Positions 13,036 to 26,499 of a stretch of DNA of 64,000 bases are shown here, piece after piece. Made by a program: the position numbers and the translations under genes. The notes below the pieces were generated by a model. That model searched no databases, was not told the DNA's origin, and saw only the letters and a program-made list of their open reading frames with translations. Location of the stretch: assembly GCA_951406725.2 (NCBI GenBank), contig OX597815.1, forward strand, positions 23,374,001 to 23,438,000, in the 5' to 3' direction. The first letter of the stretch is position 1. Each line of letters starts with the position of its first letter. The DNA comes from Octopus vulgaris (Eukaryota).

Positions 13036-13365
13036 GGCTATAAGTGCAGCTCATTTCTCCAGACCAAACCAAAAATATAAAATAGTGTTTCTGTTATCAG
13101 CAGTATAGCGTAAATTTCACCATATATGTCAAAATTGTGATGCAAGAAACCCTAACTAAATGTACAATAGCAAACATAAGCAAGCTGGAAAAGAAAAATT
13201 AACCTCAGTGTTTTAATTTTAAGAAATATACTAATAATAGTGGGCTGCTAATGGTAGCTTGTATTAAACATGTATTACAATGAAAGCTTAATTATTCCAT
13301 ACTTTATGTTGCTGCATACTAGCATGTTGTAATGTGTATGTTACCAGTAATAGTGTTTGGTTTAA

Positions 13366-13586
13366 CCCTTTAGTGTTCGCATTATTCTACCCAAATTAAT
13401 GCTTTTTCATCCTCGTAGTTTTGAACTAATCATGCATTATCTTGTAGCTATGAGATTTTGATGAGGTAGCTGTTAATTTTTAAAACGATATTGTAGGGTT
13501 GGTGTGAGAGACCAAATCTGGCCAGTTTGACCATAAAACAGGCAGAATACTTTAGGCCGGATATGGCCGGTTTAAATGCTAAAGGG
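13366..13586. mobile_element. TTAA-flanked MITE (piggyBac-like termini CCCTTTAG...CTAAAGGG)
   Basis: TTAA on both sides and terminal inverted repeats; other copies at 21531-21751, 45587-45807 and 55730-56515. Confidence 0.75.
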
Positions 13587-13895
13587 TTAAATCACCAGTG
13601 TATATGTTTGTTTTACAGTATAGATGATTGGTATTGATATGTTGTAGAGAAGGGCGGTGAATGAAGTGTTTATTAAAGGAATAATTGATGAATCTTCTCT
13701 ACGACATAAAAATATTTATTTACTTTAAACTACAAAAAATCAACAAAACAGTCTCAGCAATCGAGCGAGCGAGTGAGAGAGGGAGAGAGTTAAACAGGGT
13801 AAATTTTTAAGCTTGTTGATGTGTGTGTATGTTAGTGTCAGGCAAGCTGTGCTCTTCTGGTGATGTTGACCAGGGTTAAAGGTATGTATATGTAT

Positions 13896-14130
13896 AGGCG
13901 GCGAGCTGGCAGAAATGGTAGCACGCCGGGCGAAATGCTTTGCAGTATTTCGTCTGCCGTTACGTTCTGAGTTCAAATTCCGCCGAGGTCGACTTTGCCT
14001 TTCATCCTTTCGGGGTCGATTAATTAAGTACCAGTTACACACTGGGGTCGATATGATCGACTTAATCCGTTTGTCTGTCCTTGTTTGTCTCTTCTGTGTT
14101 TAGCCCCTTGTAGGTAGTAAAGAAATAGGT
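13896..14130 (+). mobile_element. SINE-like family B copy (duplicated at 22066-22300)
   Basis: Reverse complement of 4845-5066. Confidence 0.75.
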
Positions 14131-14429
14131 ATGTATATGGATTTGTACGACAAAGCATGGCTGGTTATGGTAGTTAATCCCTGTTGCTGCTACTGCAGTT
14201 GTGACTAACAACATATCATAGTGATGATAGTGAACATGTTTAACCATAGGATACCAATAACCTATGTTGAATAATCTCTCAGTCTCTATTTTAATAAAGG
14301 AGGTTAGAAGAATGAGTTGAGGATAGAGGGATCAGGAAATATCAAGCTGACATTTCTGGTTGACAAGAAAATACCAACAAAAGGTCTTTTCTTCATTTCC
14401 CAATGAAACAAATATCTTGAAAAATAAGG

Positions 14430-15643
14430 GTGTGACTGGTCCCTCCAGGGAGCTGGCCCTGCTCAATATATAGAAAAATAGTAGTTGAAACTCCATACAG
14501 TGTACCCAGTGCAAGCTATGGACACATAAGAAGTGCAGCAGTGTCACAGGAAGGTTAACCCTTTCGTTACTAACCCGGCCGTACCCAACCGAAAAATTAT
14601 TTTTTGGTTCATAATACCAACCCGGCCGTGAGAACCTGTTGTTATTTAAATGTAAATTTGAACCCAAATCTCACCCTTTCGTTACTAACCCGGCCGTATA
14701 GAGAAAGTAGTCTGTGTGTGTGGCAGGTGTGCAGGTACAATAAACACAAAGAATGTACAGAATATAGCTTTCCTCAAATGTCTGGTGGGTGGGGTTCCTT
14801 AGAAGTAGTAGATAACTTCTGTTACCTAGGTAACCAAGTTAACATTGGAGGAGGACGCTCTGGCAGTGTAGTTGCTAGAGTAAGAATGGGCTGACAAAGT
14901 TGGTAACAAAGGGGGTTTCCTTCAGCATGAAAGGCAGATTGTATGCTATCTGTATATGAATAGCGATGCTCCATGACAGTGAATCATGGGATGTGACTAT
15001 AGAGGATAAGTGAAGGCTTGAAAGAAATGAAGCCAGCATACACCACTGGATGGGTAATGTCACTGTGCATGTGTGACAGAGTGTAAATAATTTAAGAAAA
15101 TAACCAGGTACAAGAGGCATCAGATGTAATGTGCATGAGAGAAGACTGCGAGTGTGGTTATTGGATGTGTATGGATGAGAACAACTGCATAAAGAAGTAC
15201 CTATCTCTAAGCTGTAGAGGGAGCCTGTAGAAGGGGTAGATAGAGGAAGATGTAGGACAGAGTGGTGAGAAAGGATCTTCAGATATTGAGCCACAATGAG
15301 GGGATGACAAGGGAATGAGACTTCTGGCAATTTGGTGTGCTTGAGAAGACATGTCAAGCTAAGTAAAATTGTGGCCATCCATACATAGAGGTATGTCCTT
15401 TATGGCCATCACTCCCTCTCCTCATCAAGCACACATAATTCTGTCCTATGGCAAAACTCACCCCCAACCCATCTTACCAAAACCTCTATCACCCGCTATA
15501 TGCCCCTCCAGTTCCTCTCAATGTCACTTCTTATCTCTAAATACATCCCCTCACACTGTTATGATACATCTTTAATTCATCTGTGTGACTCATACCCTTC
15601 TACCCACTATTCCCTGTAGGTAGGCCCTCACTCTCTCTCTCTC

Positions 15644-15694
<51 letters not shown>

Positions 15695-16133
15695 GCTTTT
15701 TTATCCTATTGGGGTAGCCAAATATTTCTTGTCACAAAACAGCTATCTGTATCCTCTGATCATACCCCAACCTCTCGCCTGTCACATGACCACTTCTCTC
15801 AGCTGAGACATCTTTGTCTTGCAAGCCACTTGGTGACCTTGTGGGTACTGGCACCATGTAAAAAGCATCCATGCTGGTACTACATAGGAAGTACCTGTGC
15901 CATGCTGGTGTCACATAAAAAGCACTTGTGCCAGTACTACGTAATAAGCACCCAGTACACTCTCTGGAGTGGCTGTCATTTGGAAGGTCATCTAGCTATA
16001 AAACCCATGTTTGAACAGGCAACTGGGACCTGGTTCAGCCCTCTGGCTTGCTAACTCTTGTTGAACCATCCAGCCTATGCCGGCATGGAAAATGGATGAT
16101 AAATGATGATGATGATGACGACGATAATGATGA
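14430..16133 (+). mobile_element. Older degenerate RTE 3' fragment with (GAT)n tail (duplicated at ~22600-24297)
   Basis: WPCS...NSIQCTQCKLWTHK and LEVVDNFCYLGNQV remnants; tail CCGGCATGGAAAATGGATGATAAATGATGATG. Confidence 0.7.
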
Positions 16134-16450
16134 AGGCCTGATTTAGTAGTATTAGCAGACAAAGTGAATAGAAAGAGCCAGGTAGTTGATTTTACAGTCA
16201 CAAATGATGAGAAAGTCAACTTCAAAATATAGAAAAAATATCAAAGTACCAGGACATAGCCATTGAGTTACAGAGGTTATGGAAAATGTGGGCAAAATAC
16301 ATTCCAGCAGTTAAATGTGCATCAGGAACTATCTTTAGATATATGAACAGATGCATAGAGGAAATAGGCATAAAACTTAGTTTAGTGCAGTTCCAGAAAA
16401 CAGTATTAGTATGGTCAGCTAGGATACTTAGGAAAGGTTTCGTCATCTAA
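16134..16450 (+). mobile_element. R4/Dong-like LINE C-terminal restriction-like endonuclease remnant (duplicated at 24298-24614)
   Basis: RPDLVV...VVDFTV...KYQDIAIEL.RLW...QKTVL..SARILRK. Confidence 0.7.
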
Positions 16451-16628
16451 GGTTAGAAATTTTGGCAAAAGACTGGCAATTTGGTGGGATGGGGTAAGTC
16501 AATTACATCGACCCCAGTGTTCAACAGGTAATCCCTTATTAACATAGAAACACAGAAATTCAAAATATGAATGAGGAAATCCTGCATTCCTTCTTAGATA
16601 CAAAAAAAAAAAAACATTATTATTATTA

Positions 16629-16683
<55 letters not shown>

Positions 16684-17813
16684 AGTAATTGTTTCCAATT
16701 TTAGTACAAGGCCAGCAATTTTGGATAGGGGATAAGTTGATTACATCAACTGCAGTACTCAAGTGGTACTTATTTTATTGACCCAGGTATAGTGTGGATT
16801 CAATCCTCGATGGCCAAATTTCACTTAACAGTTCAACAGCACTTTTCTCACGGTAAAACGGTAGTTTTCCTGTGAGTGACAGCTGTTACATTTGCCAGAT
16901 GCCTTTGCTAAGCAGAATAATATCTTTGCCACTTGACCCTTCTAACCTCTTCTATTTCACCAAAAGCTAGAATAGACATAACAGACCACCAACGAAATCT
17001 ATTGTTCTCAACAATATGTCTATCCTTCTGGCTGGTTTTGGATAGTTAGAAAAACAAGAACTCCCTCTGTAAGCCAAAGCAGTTAGTGAGAGCGACTGAC
17101 AGAGAGGCGGCTGACCAGCTCAAACAAAATACTGTCTCTACTGAGATAACTTCAGAGAGTGACAACAATGTAGAAAGTGTCTCATCCCACACTCTCTCAT
17201 TTTCATTAGCTCCCTTTCTTTTCTCTGCAACATCACCATATCTCTATATATATACTACTTTGTGTACACTCATATACAGGCCAAAATTAACTCTTTTTAC
17301 CTTGCATGCTTTACAAACTGTGTTATACTATTACACTAGCCTACCTGTTGTGGTATGGTATATATTAAAGTAACGGTAAATAAATATTTCTTTACAACCA
17401 CTATCACTGTTCTCTTCCATCTTGCATACTGGCAACCAACACCTTAACAACAAACCGTTACACTTTCTTGAGTGTTTTCCAGTGTAATTTTTCTTTATAT
17501 TTTCAGTTTGTTTTGTTACCCTCCAACACATTTTGATCATAAACATTCTTGTTAAACTTGAAACTTTGATGCATGTTCTCCCAAAATGTACCTAATTCAT
17601 TTTTAAAGAAAGAAATCTTTTGATATCTTCCTAAAATTATGAATAATAAATATAATAACAATAATATATTATCATAAGAGAAAATCTAATAGCATTATCT
17701 AACAATTCAGAAATGCATTATTTCTGTTGTTGAGTTTCATAAATTTTAATATAATAATTATTATAAGTTGGTGTACACAGTTTAATTTTTATAATTAATG
17801 TGTTTCATTGCAG

Positions 17814-17936
17814 AATCGGCACTTAATGAGCATTGTGAAAGAGATACATCCTGCATAGATGAATTTGCCATTTGCAGAAATCAAAAGTGTGTCTGTCAAG
17901 ATGATTATTTTGAAGATGAATCTAAGTGTAAAAAAA
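17814..17936 (+). CDS. RPTP exon: 6-Cys module copy 2 (K>H relative to copy 1)
   Basis: Same splice sites and length as 9660-9782; codon AAA>CAT. Confidence 0.8.
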
Positions 17937-20800
17937 GTAAGTTAAAAACAACAGAACTTTGACATTGAACTATAAAAAGGATTACAATTACTCTTAGAAA
18001 TAATAAAAAAAAAAATAGAGGTGTAGGTAGAAACTCTATAAGATGTACCCAGTGTAAGCTATGGACACATAAGAGGTGCAGTAATATCAAGGGAAGGCTA
18101 ATTGAGAAGATAGTTTTTGTGGCAGATGCTCGGGAGCGATAAACACTGAAAATGTGCAGAGACCAACTTCTGCCACATTCCAGGGAGAAAAACTAGAAGT
18201 AGTTGATAGCTTCCGTTACTTAGGGACCAAGTCAGTAGCGGAGGCGGGTGCACTGAAAGTGTAGCTGCTAGAATAAGAATAGCTTGGGCAAAGTTCAGAG
18301 AGCTCTTACCTCTGCTGGTGACAAAGGGCCTCTCACTCAGAGTAAAAGGTAGACTGTATGACACTTGTGTATGAACAGCCATGCTACATGGCAGTGAAAC
18401 ATGGGCTGTGACTGCTGAGGTCATGTGTAAGCTCGCAAGGAATGAAGCCAGTATGATCTGATGGATGTGTAATGTCAGTGTGCATACTAGACAGAGTGTA
18501 AGTACCTCGAGAGAAAAGTTGGACCTAAGAAGCATTAGATGTGATGTGCAAGAGAGACGACTGCGCTGGTATGGTCACGTGGTGAGAATGGATGAGGATA
18601 GCTGTGTGAAAAAGTGCCACACCCTAGCTGTTGAGGGAACCTGTGGAAGCAGTAGACCTGGGATGAAGTGGTGAAGTACGACCTTCGAACTTTAGGCCTC
18701 ACCAAGGAAATGACTAGCGACTGAGACTTTTGGAAATATGCTGTGCTTGAGAAGACGCGGCAAGCCAAATGAGACCATAATCTGTGGCTTATGCCAGGAG
18801 CGTCACCAGCCCGCTTATGCATACCTTTCCTTCTTTGGTCACTAAACTCTGCTTGCGAAGACCTGTTGAGGCAAGTGAAATCGAAATCAAAATCAAAATC
18901 AAATTCGATGACTGGCATCCGTGCTAGCGAGGTGCAAAGAGCACCATATAAGGGTGATCGTTGACAGAGCGGCTAACCGGCTTCCGTACCAGTGGCACAT
19001 AAAAGGGCACCATTTGAGTGTGATCGTTACCAGCATCGCCTTACTGGCACCTGTGCTGGTGGCATGTGTAAAAAGATTCGAGCGAGGTCGTTGCCAGTAC
19101 CACCTGACTGGGTCCCGTGCTGGTGGCACGTAAAAAGCACCCACTTACAATCTCAGAGTGGTTGGCATTAGGAAGGGCATCCAGCTGTAGAAACTCTTCC
19201 AGATCAAGATTGGGGCCTGGTGCAGCCATTTGAGTAATTTCCCAAAAATCAGGGTTTTTATAACTACTCATATCTGAATTCTAAGAACTGTATTTCGTGA
19301 AAGATTTCTTTTACGAAAGTTTAGAATTCATATATGGGCAGTAATTTTAACCATTGGGATACCAACAATTGTGCTTGTTCGGGCAAACGAACATTATGTA
19401 ATATTGCCACCTTTTATGACTTGCTACATAGGTATAATGTACATATACCACATTATGAGACTATGAGGTAATTTATGTGAAATTAAGTTCCTATTTCTTG
19501 CTAATCAATCTGTATTGTTGACTTGTCGAGTAATACATTCAAAGTGTTTGTGAAAGAGACAATAAAATGAGTTTAGATTGGAATAACTGAAGACTGAAGG
19601 TTGTTTTTCATATATTAACCATAAAATTTAATTCTTCAAGTTCTCTTAGGAAGATGAAAGTGCATTAATGTTTGTTGGGAGGAAGGTGAGAGTGGGAGAA
19701 ATGTGAGAGTAGGAGGATGGTAAGAGTGGGAGGAAGGTGAGTGAATGCCACTGATCAAACTGCTTGCAAAGCTGTGAAAAGAACAACAATTATGATGCCA
19801 CTACCTACAATGGTGATGATGGTGGTTAAGATGGTGTATCATACTGTATATTAAAAAGATGATAGTGTTTCAGTATACATTACAGTATGTGTAGCATAAT
19901 TTTAACTATTATTAGAGCACTAGTGTAGCTAGAGGGGAACAGAGGGTTTGTCTTCCCTGTACAGCACTTTTATGGGTGTGGTGCCACTTTTGGGTCTGCT
20001 GTAGGCAATATGTACTTTTTGTGACAGCCCAGGTATGGCAGACTGAAGGGCCACCCTGGATGGCAGACACGCTAGCTACACTATTGTATTAGAGTGGTGC
20101 ATTGGTAGAGTGGCAGTACATCAGCCTTTGATATTTAGTTGCATATCTTTACATTCTGAATTAAAATCTTCCCAAGATCAGCTTTACGTTTCATTTTTCT
20201 AGAGTCAATAAAATAAGTTCCAGTATTCTGCTGAACCTAGTATAAGCAACAGTCCCTTTTCCTCATAAATATGTGGTCCTTGTGTTTCCATTATGAATGA
20301 TAATTTAAATTATCAGCTAATGAGATGTGATTTATACTTTAGTTTAACTGCTCACCTCTACACATACATATGTAGCAAACCTAGGTATTCTCTGTGTCTC
20401 AACGTGATCCTGGTGCTAAACTTACAGCCATCCTAGGCTGCATCCAGAGAAACACAACCTGAATGATTGGTATGAAGTCACTCGTAATACTCCAACCTCT
20501 GGCTCATTGACATGCCGTCTCCTCTCTGCATTATCTACCACTGCTACAATGACCTCTGCTGTCAGAACCGACAGATCTTGTGTTACTTCCATTCAGTCTT
20601 TCCTCACTTACCTCTTCCACTCTCATTACCCATAATATGTCTCCACAGGGTTCATATTAATTACTTTACCAATTCCTTTCTTGCTGAAGCGTTGGCACTC
20701 AGGAATTCTGTCCCTGTTCATGTTTCTTCTGTAGCTGTTGTCTTAAAATTGTTCAAGAAGAATATCATATGTATCTCACTAGTCTGAGAGGGGCTACTAT

Positions 20801-21198
20801 GGAGGCGCAATGGCCCAGTGGTTAGGGCAGCAGACTCGCGGTCATAGGATCGCGGTCATAGGATCGTGGTTTCGATTCCCAGACCGGGCGTTGTGAGTGT
20901 TTATTGAGCGAAAAACACCTAAAGCTCCACGAGGCTCCGACAGGGGATGATGGTGATCCCTGCTGTACTCTTTCACCACAACTTTCTCTCACTCTTACTT
21001 CCTATTTCTGTTGTACCTGTATTTCAAAGGGCCGGCCTTGTCACTCTCTCTGTCACGCTGAATATCCCCGAGAACTACGTTAAGGGTACACGTGTCTGTG
21101 GAGTGTTCAGCCACTTACACGTTAATTTCACGAGCAGGCTGTTCTGTTGATTCGGATCAACCGGAACCCTCGTCGTCGTAACCAACGAAGTGCTTCTA
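20801..21198 (+). mobile_element. SINE family C copy with a private 14-bp tandem duplication
   Basis: Matches 12651-13035 except for an extra TCGCGGTCATAGGA. Confidence 0.85.
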
Positions 21199-23812
21199 TG
21201 GCTATAAGTGCAGCTCATTTCTCCAGACCAAACCAAAAATATAAAATAGTGTTTCTGTTATCAGCAGTATAGCGTAAATTTCACCATATATGTCAAAATT
21301 GTGATGCAAGAAACCCTAACTAAATGTACAATAGCAAACATAAGCAAGCTGGAAAAAAAAAAATTAACCTCAGTGTTTTAATTTTAAGAAATATACTAAT
21401 AATAGTGGGCTGCTAATGGTAGCTTGTATTAAACATGTATTACAATGAAAGCTTAATTATTCCATACTTTATGTTGCTGCATACTAGCATGTTGTAATGT
21501 GTATGTTACCAGTAATAGTGTTTGGTTTAACCCTTTAGTGTTCGCATTATTCTACCCAAATTAATGCTTTTTCATCCTCGTAGTTTTGAACTAATCATGC
21601 ATTATCTTGTAGCTATGAGATTTTGATGAGGTAGCTGTTAATTTTTAAAACGATATTGTAGGGTTGGTGTGAGAGACCAGATCTGGCCAGTTTGACCATA
21701 AAACAGGCAGAATACTTTTGGCCGGATATGGCCGGTTTAAATGCTAAAGCGTTAAATCACCAGTGTATATGTTTGTTTTACAGTATAGATGATTGGTATT
21801 GATATGTTGTAGAGAAGGGCGGTGAATGAAGTGTTTATTAAAGGAATAATTGATGAATCTTCTCTACGACATAAAAATATTTATTTACTTTAAACTACAA
21901 AAAATCAACAAAACAGTCTCAGCAATCGAGCGAGCGAGCGAGGGAGAGAGGGAGAGAGTTAAACAGGGTAAATTTTTAAGCTTGTTGATGTGTGTGTATG
22001 TTAGTGTCAGGCAAGCTGTGCTCTTCTGGTGATGTTGACCAGGGTTAAAGGTATGTATATGTATAGGCGGCGAGCTGGCAGAAATGGTAGCACGCCGGGC
22101 GAAATGCTTTGCAGTATTTCGTCTGCCGTTACGTTCTGAGTTCAAATTCCGCCGAGGTCGACTTTGCCTTTCATCCTTTCGGGGTCGATTAATTAAGTAC
22201 CAGTTACACACTGGGGTCGATATGATCGACTTAATCCGTTTGTCTGTCCTTGTTTGTCTCTTCTGTGTTTAGCCCCTTGTAGGTAGTAAAGAAATAGGTA
22301 TGTATATGGATTTGTACGACAAAGCATGGCTGGTTATGGTAGCTAATCCCTGTTGCTGCTACTGCAGTTGTGACTAACAACATATCATAGTGATGATGGT
22401 GAACATGTTTAACCATAGGATACCAATAACCTATGTTGAATAATCTCTCAGTCTCTATTTTAATAAAGGAGGTTAGAAGAATGAGTTGAGGATAGAGGGA
22501 TCAGGAAATATCAAGCTGACATTTCTGGTTGACAGGAAAATACCAACAAAAGGTCTTTTCTTCATTTCCCAATGAAACAAATATCTTGAAAAATAAGGGT
22601 GTGACTGGTCCCTCCAGGGAGCTGGCCCTGCTCAATATATAGAAAAATAGTAGTTGAAACTCCATACAGTGTACCCAGTGCAAGCTATGGACACATAAGA
22701 AGTGCAGCAGTGTCACAGGAAGGTTAACCCTTTCGTTACTAACCCGGCCGTACCCAACCGAAAAATTATTTTTTGGTTCATAATACCAACCCGGCCGTGA
22801 GAACCTGTTGTTATTTAAATGTAAATTTGAACCCAAATCTCACCCTTTCGTTACTAACCCGGCCGTATAGAGAAAGTAGTCTGTGTGTGTGGCAGGTGTG
22901 CAGGTACAATAAACACAAAGAATGTACAGAATATAGCTTTCCTCAAATGTCTGGTGGGTGGGGTTCCTTAGAAGTAGTAGATAACTTCTGTTACCTAGGT
23001 AACCAAGTTAACATTGGAGGAGGACGCTCTGGCAGTGTAGTTGCTAGAGTAAGAATGGGCTGACAAAGTTGGTAACAAAGGGGTTTCCTTCAGCATGAAA
23101 GGCAGATTGTATGCTATCTGTATATGAATAGCGATGCTCCATGACAGTGAATCATGGGATGTGACTATAGAGGATAAGTGAAGGCTTGAAAGAAATGAAG
23201 CCAGCATACACCACTGGATGGGTAATGTCACTGTGCATGTGTGACAGAGTGTAAATAATTTAAGAAAATAACCAGGTACAAGAGGCATCAGATGTAATGT
23301 GCATGAGAGAAGACTGCGAGTGTGGTTATTGGATGTGTATGGATGAGAACAACTGCATAAAGAAGTACCTATCTCTAAGCTGTAGAGGGAGCCTGTAGAA
23401 GGGGTAGATAGAGGAAGATGTAGGACAGAGTGGTGAGAAAGGATCTTCAGATATTGAGCCACAATGAGGGGATGACAAGGGAATGAGACTTCTGGCAATT
23501 TGGTGTGCTTGAGAAGACATGTCAAGCTAAGTAAAATTGTGGCCATCCATACATAGAGGTATGTCCTTTATGGCCATCACTCCCTCTCCTCATCAAGCAC
23601 ACATAATTCTGTCCTATGGCAAAACTCACCCCCAACCCATCTTACCAAAACCTCTATCACCCGCTATATGCCCCTCCAGTTCCTCTCAATGTCACTTCTT
23701 ATCTCTAAATACATCCCCTCACACTGTTATGATACATCTTTAATTCATCTGTGTGACTCATACCCTTCTACCCACTATTCCCTGTAGGTAGGCCCTCACT
23801 CTCTCTCTCTCA

Positions 23813-23858
<46 letters not shown>

Positions 23859-24793
23859 ACTTTTTTATCCTATTGGGGTAGCCAAATATTTCTTGTCACA
23901 AAACAGCTATCTGTATCCTCTGATCATACCCCAACCTCTCGCCTGTCACATGACCACTTCTCTCAGCTGAGACATCTTTGTCTTGCAAGCCACTTGGTGA
24001 CCTTGTGGGTACTGGCACCATGTAAAAAGCATCCATGCTGGTACTACATAGGAAGTACCTGTGCCATGCTGGTGTCACATAAAAAGCACTTGTGCCAGTA
24101 CTACGTAATAAGCACCCAGTACACTCTCTGGAGTGGCTGTCATTTGGAAGGTCATCTAGCTATAAAACCCATGTTTGAACAGGCAACTGGGACCTGGTTC
24201 AGCCCTCTGGCTTGCTAACTCTTGTTGAACCATCCAGCCTATGCCGGCATGGAAAATGGATGATAAATGATGATGATGATGACGACGATAATGATGAAGG
24301 CCTGATTTAGTAGTATTAGCAGACAAAGTGAATAGAAAGAGCCAGGTAGTTGATTTTACAATCACAAATGATGAGAAAGTCAACTTCAAAATATAGAAAA
24401 AATATCAAAGTACCAGGACATAGCCATTGAGTTACAGAGGTTATGGAAAATGTGGGCAAAATACATTCCAGCAGTTAAATGTGCATCAGGAACTATCTTT
24501 AGATATATGAACAGATGCATAGAGGAAATAGGCATAAAACTTAGTTTAGTGCAGTTCCAGAAAACAGTATTAGTATGGTCAGCTAGGATACTTAGGAAAG
24601 GTTTCGTCATCTAAGGTTAGAAATTTTGGCAAAAGACTGGCAATTTGGTGGGATGGGGTAAGTCAATTACATCGACCCCAGTGTTCAACAGGTAATCCCT
24701 TATTAACATAGAAACACAGAAATTCAAAATATGAATGAGGAAATCCTGCATTCCTTCTTAGATACAAAAAAAAAAAAAACATTATTATTATTA

Positions 24794-24851
<58 letters not shown>

Positions 24852-25981
24852 AGTAATTGTTTCCAATTTTAGTACAAGGCCAGCAATTTTGGATAGGGGA
24901 TAAGTTGATTACATCAACTGCAGTACTCAAGTGGTACTTATTTTATTGACCCAGGTATAGTGTGGATTCAATCCTCGATGGCCAAATTTCACTTAACAGT
25001 TCAACTGCACTTTTCTCACGGTAAAACAGTAGTTTTCCTGTGAGTGACAGCTGTTACATTTGCCAGATGCCTTTGCTAAGCAGAATAATATCTTTGCCAC
25101 TTGACCCTTCTAACCTCTTCTATTTCACCAAAAGCTAGAATAGACATAACAGACCGCCAACAAAATCTATTGTTCTCAACAATATGTCTATCCTTCTGGC
25201 TGGTTTTGGATAGTTATAAAAACAAGAACTCCCTCTGTAAGCCAAAGCAGTTAGTGAGAGCGACTGACAGAGAGGCGGCTGACCAGCTCAAACAAAATAC
25301 TGTCTCTACTGAGATAACTTCAGAGAGTGACAACAATGTAGAAAGTGTCTCATCCCACACTCTCTCATTTTCATTAGCTCCCTTTCTTTTCTCTGCAACA
25401 TCACCATATCTCTATATATATACTACTTTGTGTACACTCATATACAGGCCAAAATTAACTCTTTTTACCTTGCATGCTTTACAAACTGTGTTATACTATT
25501 ACACTAGCCTACCAGTTGTGGTATGGTAGATATTAAAGTAACGGTAAATAAATATTTCTTTACAACCACTATCACTGTTCTCTTCCATCTTGCATACTGG
25601 CAACCAACACCTTAACAACAAACCATTACACTTTCTTGAGTGTTTTCCAGTGTAATTTTTCTTTATATTTTCAGTTTGTTTTGTTACCCTCCAACACATT
25701 TTGATCATAAACATTCTTGTTAAACTTGAAACTTTGATGCATGTTCTCCCAAAATGTACCTAATTCATTTTTAAAGAAAGAAATCTTTTGATATCTTCCT
25801 AAAATTATGAATAATAAATATAATAACAATAATATATTATCATAAGAGAAAATCTAATAGCATTATCTAACAATTCAGAAATGCATTATTTCTGTTGTTG
25901 AGTTCCATAAATTTGAATATAATAATTATTATAAGTTGGTGTACACAGTTTAATTTTTATAATTAATGTGTTTCATTGCAG

Positions 25982-26104
25982 AATCGGCACTTAATGAGAA
26001 ATGTGAAAGAGATACATCCTGCATAAATGAATTTGCCATTTGCAGAAATCAAAAGTGTGTCTGTGAAGATAAATATTTTCGTCTTCGAACTAAGTGTGAA
26101 AAAA
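25982..26104 (+). CDS. RPTP exon: 6-Cys module copy 3 (SALNEKCERDTSCINEFAICRNQKCVCEDKYFRLRTKCEK)
   Basis: Same acceptor and donor, 123 nt phase 1-1, all Cys retained. Confidence 0.85.
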
Positions 26105-26210
26105 GTAAGTTAAAAACAACGGAACATTGACATTGAACTACAGAAAGGACTACAATTACTCTTAGAAATAATTTTTTAAAAATAGATAAAAGTTACAGAT
26201 ATATTGAAAG

Positions 26211-26499
26211 TACTGTATTTGATGGCATAAAAATGCACAGGCATATTAGATGCATCCCAATTTCAGCATCACATATTCAGGAAAAAGTTTTAGTGTATTA
26301 ACACTTTAGCATTTCAACCAGATATATCCTGTCAACAATATTCTCCTTGTTTTATGTTCAAAACATGCCAGTCCTGACCTCTCACACTTACCCACTGTAC
26401 AATGTTATTCGAAAAACATCATCATAATCTCAAGTGGAACTTTTTTGAGACATTGTTTTTCAAAAAATAGATGCATCTTATATGCCATCAAATGCAATA
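26211..26499. mobile_element. Degenerate TIR element (MITE) containing part of the TTAA-MITE family
   Basis: TACTGTATTTGATGGCATA at the left vs TATGCCATCAAATGCAATA at the right. Confidence 0.5.

Larger units (their letters stand above)
8816..26185 (+). repeat. Intragenic tandem segmental duplication, period ~8.15-8.17 kb: unit 1 8816-16965, unit 2 16966-25133, partial unit 3 25134-26185
   Basis: Near-identical sequence and ORF-track translations recur at offsets of 8150-8169 nt. Confidence 0.97.
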
